Origin: Chara braunii
Taxonomy: Eukaryota; Plantae; Charophyceae
Length of the DNA stretch: 52,951 bases
Assembly (NCBI GenBank): GCA_003427395.1
Contig: BFEA01000034.1
Coordinates: forward strand, 3,937,668-3,990,618
Reading direction: 5' to 3'
The translations under genes and the position numbers were made by a program. Each line of letters begins with the position of its first letter. Position 1 is the first letter of the stretch. Below are positions 26,552 to 36,645 of the stretch, piece after piece. The notes beneath the pieces were generated by a model. It ran no database searches. It saw nothing but the letters and a program-made list of their open reading frames with translations, and was not told where the DNA came from.

Positions 26552-27950
26552 AAACAACCCTAATGACCGTAAACCATCGGAAAACGACAAAAAGCAAACG
26601 ATCAAACGTCGGGCAGGCGGGATCTGCTGAGGGAAACATGTCTCGTTCTTAAATCGTTGAACAAGCAAACAGTGCCTCGCTGCCCCACTCGCCCGAATCT
26701 AACAAAAACGGAGTGAATCTTCCCGTAGAAGTTGGACAAATGCACTCATCAATTTTGACACTTGTCGAGTGGTGCAGCGAGGCCAACGGTGACGATGCTG
26801 TGATCTTTAACAATTGGTCAGGGTTGTGCTGTCTTTGAAAAACAATCTTTCCGTCAGAAGGAAAAAAAAAAAAAGGAAAGAAAGAGAAAATAAGTCGTCT
26901 TGAGATCATTGGAATCGAGCTTTGTAGGCATCATATACACTAGCATATGAGTTGGCCAAGGCTTATGAATTCAACTTTTAGTTTTATATTTATATTTATA
27001 TTTATATTTATATTTATTTTTATATTTATATTTATATTTATGTTTATTATTTATGATAATATCGGCAACTAATTACTAATGAAACCAACCCAGATCATAT
27101 GGCTGCTGAATGATATACAGTACTATACACATACAACTGGTAAGATAAACAGGTCAGAAGCTCTCGACTGCAAACAGATGGATGCAATAAGGTTAGGACG
27201 GCCTACCGACCTCCTTCGGAAAAAAAAAAAAAAAAAAAGAACTCACGAATACTCACACTTGGGACTTCTTTTTTCGACTGAACTTTGCACGTGATTACGG
27301 TTGGATGCACCCAGGTTCGCCCGTCATCGCAGTCAGTCGGAATCAGGAAGGTGCTACCTAGTGTTAGTATAGCATTTTTACTTTTGGAGCGGTCTCCAAC
27401 GAGCTTTTTGGATTTTATTTTTTTTGTCCTTTTTTTCCTTTAAAAAAGCACACAAGGACAGCTGCGAGTGTACGTACTATTGCGACTCGTACGGAAAGAT
27501 ACAGACGATTTCTTGTGTACCATTGGAATTTTTTCGGACGCACTTAGAAGTCGACAAACTCACATTTTTTTTCCTTTCACATGAATCTAGACATTCCCAC
27601 ACATAGCAATTCTGACAAGTACTCTATTGCGGAATTCACAGTTATGTGAACAACAAGGTCAACTAAGTCAATACATACTTAAATATATATCATCACATGA
27701 ATATGAGAGCGCAAAAGCGAAAAAAAGAAAAAAAAAAAAGAATGAATTCGTTTTTTTTATATCTTCTTCCTTATAACTCCCCCTGTTCAAAACCTCTTGC
27801 GTACAAGGCCGCCCACGTGGATGTAGGTTGAGCGGCGGTATATATATATGCAGCCCCTGCTTTGTTCTCTTCTTCTCCCTCTCTGCCTACGGTTTACCGG
27901 GCTGCTCCGTCGGACGATATGTAAACATATGGATACATATATACAGCCTC

Positions 27951-27987
27951 CTGATGAGTCGCTGACACTCCGATGAAACAGTCTGTC
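27951..27987 (+). ncRNA. Degenerate hammerhead ribozyme core (second family)
   Basis: CTGATGA-GTCG(ctgacactc)CGAT-GAAA-CAGTCTG-TC; an inverted partial copy at 28207-28237 shows perfect stem II GTCGG/CCGAC; stem I pairing not evident. Confidence 0.5.
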
Positions 27988-28269
27988 ACAGCGCCTCGTT
28001 TGTTGCCCTCTCTCCCTCTCTGCCTACGGTTCACCGGGCTCTCTCTCTCTCTATCTCTCTCTCTTATATATCGTCACAGAGTTAGTGTATACATCGTCAC
28101 AAACAGAACTGCCCGGTAAACCGTAGGCAGAGAGAGAGAAGAGGACAACAAACGAGGGGCTGTGACAAGGCAGAGAGGGATAAGAGGACAAGAAACAAGG
28201 GGCTGAGACAAACTGTTTCGTCGGAGTTTCACCGACTATATACAGGTATTTATTTAGTAGGTAGATTTA

Positions 28270-28390
28270 GGGCGCACTCACACTAGCTGTATCTTAAATG
28301 TATTTGACCGCTTTTACGGCCCAGCCTGGGTGCATCTGACCTGAACTACGGCCACGGAGAAGTTCAAAAAGTCCTAGTGCGAGTATGCCC
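28270..28390. mobile_element. PIF/Harbinger MITE, TSD TTA
   Basis: TTA|GGGCGCACTCACACTAG ... CTAGTGCGAGTATGCCC|TTA. Confidence 0.8.
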
Positions 28391-29448
28391 TTATTCAGCT
28401 ACGACCAGCAGATGGTGCCACAGCCATATATTTTCAATCGTCCTGTTACGAACGGTAATCGCTACTGGGTGCAAGCCATCCCATCCCAGAGAGTACATCG
28501 GGATCTCCTCTATATATCGGGAGTCTGTAGGAGCAAAGCGCATTATCGAATCGGGAATTCGATCGACGTACCTGACCACAGGCACGGGCAGATTCAGCCC
28601 AAAAAGAGCTGGGCGTGAGCGTGAGTACGGCCTACGAGCTGTTTAGAGCGCCGATTGCTTTCAAGACCGTTAACTAATCACAACCTTATACTTTATACTA
28701 TTATTATTACTATTATTTTATTTATTACTATATTACAATTCTAGTTCATATCTATTATTCTTATTATCTATTATATTGCTATATTTATATGTATTGTCAC
28801 ATGAATACATATATTATCTATTATATTGCTACATTTATATGTATTGTCACACGAAGATATATTGTCACAAGAATATCAGAGCGCAAATGCGAAAGAAAAA
28901 AAGAAAGAAAAACAAAAAAAAAATGAATTCAGTTTCTTATCTTCTTCCTTATAACTCCCCCTGTTCAGAACCACTTGCGTACAAGGCCGCCCACGTGGAT
29001 GTAGGTTGAGCGGCGGCTGCCCCCATATTTATATCGATAATCTATATTGATAATTTATAGTCTTTATTACATATGTATATAACGATATATATATTATCAC
29101 ACATTGCATATTTATTCATAGAGAATTATTTTTTTTATTATTTTATTATAATTACTACTCTTATACTATTATATTATAATTAATATATAATAAGAATAAT
29201 TTCATAGAGAATTATTTTTTATACTATTTCATTATAATTACTACTCTTATACTATTACATTATAATTAACATATAATAAGGACAATCAATACATTAATAT
29301 AAAGAGTTCTCTTTTTCTCTTCACAAAAATTTTGGACCTTCACTCTCAGTGGAGACGGAGCGAAAAAATAAGCCCCCGTGAATATCATCTTCGTTGGCGC
29401 CATCTCACGAACTCATTTATCGACCTTGAGGACAAACTCTTTTCTTAA

Positions 29449-29599
29449 ACCACCAGTACTTGCCCCAGCTATCGGCCGCGGAAAAAAGTAGAGTAGAAAC
29501 GTTTCTAGTTGGATGAATTTGGGCGCTCCTGTAGTGGCCCGTACGTTTCCTAAAATTGCGTAGCGTTAACGCTACGCGACTTTAGGAAGTACTGGTGGT
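29449..29599. mobile_element. Short TTAA-type TIR element (ACCACCAGTACTT termini) with internal 42-nt hairpin
   Basis: TTAA|ACCACCAGTACTT ... AAGTACTGGTGGT|TCAA; hairpin 29547-29588. Confidence 0.6.
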
Positions 29600-30118
29600 T
29601 CAAGGGGCCAAATGCCAAAATCGTTCGACGCCCAAAGAGAAAATTTTTGGCGCGACAAATGACGAAGTTGTTCAGCGCGCCAAATGAAGATAATTCTCGG
29701 GGCGCGCCAAATGACAGAACTATTTGGCGCCAAGAATGACACTCGGTTGGCCGGCCAAAATCACGAAAATGCCTGGCGCCAAACTTCAGCCTTGTTTGGC
29801 GCCAAATCGCCATGTGAAGAAAACGAAGAAGAAATACAAAAAGGTGAAACGTGCACGAAAACCCCATATATACCGCTGAAGCAGACGACAACGCAATGAC
29901 AAGGACAATCCTCCTCCATTCCTTAGCTACTCCCAACTTCCCACCATTTCCCCCACTTCCCACCGTTTCCCGCCGTCTCCCGCCGTTTCCCACCGTTTCT
30001 CGCCGTCCCCCACCGTTTCCCACCGATTCTCTCTCACACACAGACCTACTCCCTTTCCCGTCGCCCCCCACCGTTTCTCACCGATTCTCGCTCTGGCTCT
30101 CTCACGCAGAGACTTCCT

Positions 30119-30222
30119 CCCTTTCCCGCCGTTTTCCTCCCTTTCCCGCCGTTTTCCGTCCTTTCCCGCCGTTTTCCGTCCTTTCCCGCCGTTTTCCGTC
30201 CTTTCCCGCCGTTTTCCGCCGT
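30119..30222. repeat. 20-bp minisatellite (CCTTTCCCGCCGTTTTCCGT)n
   Basis: About five near-identical tandem units, with degenerate related units from ~29945 to 30262. Confidence 0.9.
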
Positions 30223-31141
30223 CTCCCAAGTTTCCCACCGTTTCCAACTGCTTCCCGCCGCTTTTCTTTGTCTGGCTCTGTCACGCATAGATCGGATCAG
30301 TACTTCCACAGCCTCGGATGCCTCCAGGACACGGATTTGACGAAGAAGAAAAAGGAGGAGGAGGAGGAGGAGGAGGGGGAGGAGGAGGAGGAGGAGGAGA
30401 AGAAGAAAGGACAAGCACCCGGACGGAGGGGCAAGACGAGGAGGAGGTGAGCGTAAGGAAAGAGGACGAATAAGAGTAACACGAAGAAGACGCTGTGCAG
30501 TTTGCCAAACAACGATTACGTCTTGAAGTGCACGACCGGGCCAGCTAGGTCGAAGGACGGGCGGAGAGGGCGGGAAGAAGGAGGGTAGGAGGAGGAGGAG
30601 GAGGAGGAGGAGGAGGAGAGTAGCAATGTGACAACGAGCAGGAGGAGGAGGACGACGAAAAGTAAGAGCGGGGAGGAGGAAGAGTAGTATCACCACAGAG
30701 GAGGCGGAAGGAGATGAAGAGTAGGAGCAGGAAGGAGAAGGAGGAGCAGGGCGTAGGAGGACGAGGAGAAGGAGCTGCTCAGCTCACCTACGTTGAAGGC
30801 CACGTTGCGTGGCGACGCCTGCGAAGGCAAGGCCGGCCTTGAGCTGTGGTCAAGATGTCAAGGGTCCTTCCCAGCGTGCCGCGCTGGTCCTGAGAAAGCA
30901 GCTGATCCTGTTTGACACCCCTCCGCTGATGACACTCGGCAAAAAACTACAGTCCTAAGAATGCAGCCCACCGCCCTCCGCCCCGCCGGTCCTCCGTTCT
31001 CAGGTCGGGAGTCGTCTTCCGGCTGAAGAGGGTTTCCGTGTCCGTTGCGCGCGAACTTCCCTTTTTTCTCTGCTTTCCTGTTTCGGGCGCCGTCGATGGC
31101 AGCACAGCAAAGTTGCAAACCTTAGTTCCCAAGGGCCCTAA

Positions 31142-31731
31142 GGCCCTCGTTCCACACCACTTGTGTTCAAGAGCGAAGCGAAAAATCATCCTTCCATCGC
31201 CCCCTTAGAGCGACCAGCTTTGTTTTCACTTTTTTGCGTCCCAAGGGTGCGCCCTTGAAACTCAAGGGCGACACAGCCCAAAAAAAATCGCCCTTGAATT
31301 CAAGTCGCCTCCCGGAGGTACCTTGAGTTCAAATGCCAGTGGATACCGCCAGCACTCCGAGTGGGGCCTTTTTTCCCTTCTCTTTTTTTCCAGCAGGAGA
31401 TCCTGGTCCAGGATTGGTCAAGCCGTGGAGTTCTGTTTCAAGTGCAGCTTGTTCAAGGGTTTCCTCAAGTGTACATGGAACCATAAATTGAGTAAGTGTA
31501 AATTAATCACAATTTCTCATTTATTGAGTAAGTGTAAATTAATCACAATTATACCTTTCTCGGCCTTTTGGCTAAGATCAAGTCTAGTATCTGTTCTGAT
31601 CAGTTTAATATCTGATCCGTGGTCCATCGGGCCATATTAAAAAATAAATAAAAATAAATAAATTAATCACAATTTCTCATTTAGTGAGCACTTGAAACTC
31701 AAGTATTTTCAAGTGGTGTGGAAGGAGGCTC
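31142..31731. mobile_element. PIF/Harbinger non-autonomous element, TSD TAA
   Basis: TAA|GGCCCTCGTTCCACACCACTT ... AAGTGGTGTGGAAGGAGGCTC|TAA. Confidence 0.8.
31551..31635 (+). pseudogene. U2: 3'-truncated U2 snRNA retrocopy with A-rich tail and 16-bp TSD
   Basis: ATACCTTTCTCGGCCTTTTGGCTAAGATCAAGTcTAGTATCTGTTCT.ATCAGTTTAATATCTGAT = plant U2 5' end; branch-point pairing motif mutated, no Sm site; TAAATTAATCACAATT at 31535-31550 and 31659-31674. Confidence 0.92.
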
Positions 31732-31864
31732 TAAGTGCAGAACTAACCATAGGCCAGCATTTTGAATGCATCTGAACACGTTTCTTGCCCCTATTCATCC
31801 GAAATCTTGGCCGATAGCCAGTGGAGCAACTACTGGTAGGCCCCAAATCTCGCCTAGAGGCATG

Positions 31865-32876
31865 GGGCCTTGTTCCACACCACTTCACTTCAAACTCGAG
31901 TGCGCACTCGAGTTCCAATCGTGATGAAAAAGTACTTGAGGCCTGGACCCCACAGGAATGCAGAAAGGAAAAACTTTGTCGCATAACTGTTTCCAGACCC
32001 CACCACCCGCCGAAGAGGTCCTGGAAAGTTGAGATGTATTCCGCAGAGCTGTTTCCGAGGACCCAACAGCCCCCTTTTTTGGCCTGGAAGAGGCCAGGAA
32101 TTTGTTTTCACTTCGTTCGCGACCTGGAAAAGTCCCGTAGGAGGGAAAATTTCCACGATTTTGTGTCAAGTGGAGAGTATCGAGGGGGGCGACATCTCGA
32201 AAGTTTCCAAGGCAAGGTCTCCTCCCCCGGTCAGACGAGAAGGTGTCCACCCACGGGTCTTGTTCCGCAAGTGCCGCCCCAACGTCACCCACTACGGGAC
32301 CTCACCGGTTCCTGTGCTCCCCAGCCGGCCACCAAGACAAACCACCACTTTCCCTTTCAGGATGGTGGCCATGGGAGTTTCCTGTTAGGGGAAATTTTGG
32401 CGTCATTTTGCCGCAAAACTCTCCGCGGTGGGGGCCCCACATAACTCTTTCCAGAGTTTCCAAAGCTCTTCCACCGTCTTTTGGGGGTAGACGTCTTCTC
32501 CAGTGGAATTCCTTTGGGGTCCAGGCATGAGTCACGTTTCGTACCACTCAGCCCTCGAGTCCGCCCTTGAAATGAGCAGGAATGGTGCTGCAATAGCTCA
32601 CGCTAGGTTCAACAAGGACAAATGCGGTACAACAAGGAGAATACACATATCGGCAACACCGTTTTCAAGTGCAGCTCAAGTGTGGTCAGAGAGGTGACTT
32701 GAAAAATGAGGAGGTTTGCCTATGCCGCATTTGAGCCGCACTTGAGCTTTTCCCGCTCGTTTGCTAAAACCCAGAAACCTAATCGTGGTCGGGCCGTGAT
32801 TAATGAAACTCAAGGGCACCGTGGAATGGTGTTGGGCAAAAAATACTCGAGTTTTGAGTAGTGTGAAACGAGGCCC
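31865..32876. mobile_element. Second non-autonomous PIF/Harbinger-like element with related TIR
   Basis: GGGCCTTGTTCCACACCAC at 31865 and GTAGTGTGAAACGAGGCCC|TTA ending 32876; left TSD not preserved. Confidence 0.6.
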
Positions 32877-33958
32877 TTATTCGTCGCGAGACCGGGGTCT
32901 TTTTTTTCCTGGGCTCTAGCGGGACACGACTTCCGTTTTCTTTGTTTTTTGTTTTTGCTTCGTTTTGTCGAACGCACGGTCTCTGCAAAAGAGGGGACCT
33001 TCCCGATCGCGTTACGCAGGATTTTGCAGGACTTTGTCGTAGAGCGTTGCCACTCCGGCTGAGTGCGCCAGCCATACCTCTCGCGACCCCCTACGACAGG
33101 ATAGGGCCACACGAGGTACGACTTACCTCCACCTGTGAGAGTTGTCACCATCCCTTAGGTGGGTGTATCCCCGCCGAGCTACCATTCCACAGTACGAAAG
33201 TTTTACATGCAATCGCAAAGGTGGACCAGCCGAGGGCGTTTTCTCATGTGCTGTAGCATAGGGGGTACGAGCGGTTGCACACCATATCGGCCCCGTATGC
33301 GAGCTTTTTATGGGAGTTGAAGTCCCAAACGCGACTTGTCGCCGATCGACTATGACACATCCTTCTTACCATGTGTTACACCACACAAAAAAAAATAAAG
33401 AATCAAATTACTCACATAAACACTCCTAATTCCTTTATTATCCAACCCATAACCTTCCCAACACTGAATCGGTTAGGCGTCGCGTGCAAAACTTACAATG
33501 AATACCACGCGGGCGCAGACTTACTCATATCGACTAGCCATGGCTGAATATGCATGCAATCGCAATGATGGCGTACTCTGTAGTACCCATAATCGCGTGA
33601 CCCTCGATAGTGTCGAGGGTCGCGTTCGACATTCAAGTGTCGGTTGACACGCGCCTTGAGGAGTTAATCTCTCGACGCTAGACAATCGCCAAGGCGGTTG
33701 AGAACCACGCCCTCTTCTGCATCCTGCGGAGAGTGGGTGATAAACAGGTTCTGACCTCTCGTGACAGTCAGCGCTTATGACCTTGGAGACGACCTCTATC
33801 ATCTAAGGTCTGAAAACATGTCAAGGGTTTTGCCTTTGACGACTGTCATGAACTTCAACGTCCAAGTATAAAATTTAACAAGCAAATCAATCATAAAATA
33901 AATAGACATCCAAATACCCACATTGAAATCAGAAGTCGATATAAGATAAAAGAGTGAA

Positions 33959-34708
33959 AGATAAACCCATCAGGTATGCAGGTTGTCGGACGCATGGTTG
34001 TCATTCTCACTGCCTTCAAGGTAAGACTCGTACACAAGCTTCAAATACTAACCTGCATGAAGCACATTCACATACGAAAGCCACATTGCCATACACCAAT
34101 ATGGTCAATTTTACTATTTCTTGTAACTCACACCGCGCCTCACATACTTAAGCCACAACCATTGTCTAGTTTTCCATTAAAAAAAAAAATCAGTTCTTTA
34201 TAATAGTCATTTATAAGAAGTTTAGTTAAAACCCTAAAAGAAACACATCAAATCTCAAGGCTAAGGCATCAAGTTGAGGTACAGGTGCAAGCAATAAAAG
34301 AGAGGAAGATAAACATCAAATCTTAGGGCTAAAGCATCAAGTTGAGGTACAAGTGCAAGTAATAAAATAAAAAAAAGGATAAACCCATCAGATATGCGGG
34401 TTGTGCGACACATGGTTGTCATTCTCATTGCTTTCAAGGTAAGACTTATACACAAGCTTTAAATATTAACCTGCATGAAGCACAGACACATACGAAAGTC
34501 ACATTGTCATACACTAATGTGGTCAATTTTACTATTCCCTGTAACTCACACCGCGCCTCACACGCTCAAACCCCAACTATTGTCAAATTTTCCATTAAAA
34601 AAAATCATTAGTTCTTTATAATGGCCATTTATAAGAAGTCTGGTTAAAACCCTCAAAGAAACACATCAAATCTCAGGGCTAAGACATCAAGTTGAGGTAC
34701 AGGTGCAA
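33959..34708. repeat. Diverged ~420-bp tandem duplication (probably non-coding part of a retroelement relic)
   Basis: GATAAACCCATCAG...CATCAAGTTGAGGTACAGGTGCAA present twice (starts ~33959 and ~34378). Confidence 0.8.
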
Positions 34709-35009
34709 ACAAAGTTATGTCGTGAGTCGACGAATCGACAATTAACAAACTGACCTGTTATAAAAAAATAAAAAAAAACGACGGTCCTTGTAGGATCGGG
34801 CTGAATTAGTCAGATTTTGAATCAAAACGGCAAAGAAGGACTTGTTACACAATACAAGTCAAATCCCAAATACTTGAACTTTAAGTGAATGAAGAATAAA
34901 TCCCCATATCACATTTCACTCAAAATATCATAAAACTAAATTTTAAACCTAAAAAAAAAAAAAAAAAAAAAAAAAACCAAAAAAAAAAAAAATTTTAAAA
35001 AAATTTCCC

Positions 35010-35076
<67 letters not shown>

Positions 35077-35888
35077 AAAAAAAAAAAAATTTTGACAGCA
35101 TTTGCCCTATACATGATGGAATGCCAAGACATCTCCTACTATAATATAATATAACTCTCCAAAACTAAGAAAATTAATGCAACGTTTCCTGTAGAAAAAA
35201 TGTATTTTCATCATTTATACGAGGCTAAATATAAAACTCAGAAATAACTCTGACTTTTCAAAGTCAAATTTTTATAACTCTCCGATTTAGTAAAAGTTTG
35301 GGTAACAGCTCCCCAAGAAAAGTAGGATGCCCAGATTTTAACTAAGCCATATGTAAAACTCAGACAAAAGTTAAACTTCGAAAAATCAAAATTTGACTAA
35401 ATCCTTGATTTTGTAGAAATTTCAGTAGCACTTCCCGTAGAAAAAATAGTTATTCAAAATTTATACAGCGCCAAGTAAAAATAAATTATCCAGAAAATGC
35501 GACAACTTGAACTAAGTAAAATAAACATAACTCAGAAAATGTAGGAGTTGAACTAACTCCTATAGCTCCAACACGTGACGAACACTAACAAATTACCCTA
35601 CTAAGCAACAAAAACAGACAGAGTTTGAGCAAAAAACAAGGCATTGCTAGCAAGCATATCACGTCAACAACGTATTCAACCAGTTCAAAAACAAGGGTTC
35701 GTTCATATAAAGTTTTCATTTTCTGCTTGTCCTGATCCACAAAGATATGAGTCTTGCATCTCATTTAGTTAATTTTTAACCCTCCAAGTTGTTCTCAGTC
35801 AAACTTTATGCAAGCACTGACACCCTAGTCTGAACTATTCTTACAAGGAGGAGAGTCAAACCTTTGTCAACAAGCAAAACTGACCGAC

Positions 35889-36645
35889 TTAGCAAGGCGA
35901 CCGAATCAGTCAGAAGGACCTCATGTCCAGTTCCAGTTCAACATCTTAGGCAAACGAGCAAGGGGACCAGATGAATCAGGAGGACCCCATCTCCAACCCC
36001 AGTTCAATATCTTCGACAAACCAGCAAGGCGGTCGGATCAGTCAGGAGAACCTTATCTCTAGTCCCAGTTCAATGTCTTAGGCAAATGAGCAAGGCAATC
36101 GGATCAGTCAGGAGGACCTTATCTCCAACCTCAGTTCAATGTCTTAGGTAAATGAGTAAGGCGACATGATCAGTCAGGAGGACCTCATCTCTAGCTCCAG
36201 TTCAATGTCTTAGGCAAATATGCAAGGCGACCGGATTAGTCAGGAGGACCTTATCTCCAGCCCAGTTCAATATCTTAGGCAAACGAGCAAAGCAACCAGA
36301 TCAATAAGGAGGTTCTGATCTCCAACCCAGTTCAATGTCTTAGGCAAACGAGCAAGGCAACCAGATCATTCAGGAGGACCTCATCTCCAACCTCAGTTCA
36401 ATGTTTTAGGTAAATGAGCAAGGGCGACCTCATCTCCAGCCACAGTTCAATGTTTTAGGCAAATGAGCAAGGGGACCGGATCAGTTTGGAAGACCTTATC
36501 TCCAACCTCAGTTCAATGTCTTAGGCAAACGAGCAAGGCGACTGGATCAGTCAGGCGGACCTCATCTCCAACCCCAGTTCAATGTCTTAGGCAAACGAGC
36601 AAGGCGACCGGATCAGTCAGGCGGACCTCATCTCCAACCCCATTC
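35889..36645. repeat. 66-bp tandem minisatellite, ~11 diverged units
   Basis: Unit TTAGGCAAACGAGCAAGGCGACCGGATCAGTCAGGAGGACCTCATCTCCAACCCCAGTTCAATGTC repeated head-to-tail, one unit shortened. Confidence 0.9.

Noticed and set aside
31551-31635. Functional U2 snRNA gene
   Set aside because: Truncated before the Sm site, branch-point pairing sequence mutated, no USE/TATA promoter, has tail and TSD.
35889-36645. CRISPR-like array
   Set aside because: Units repeat over their whole length with no unique spacers; eukaryotic context, no cas genes.
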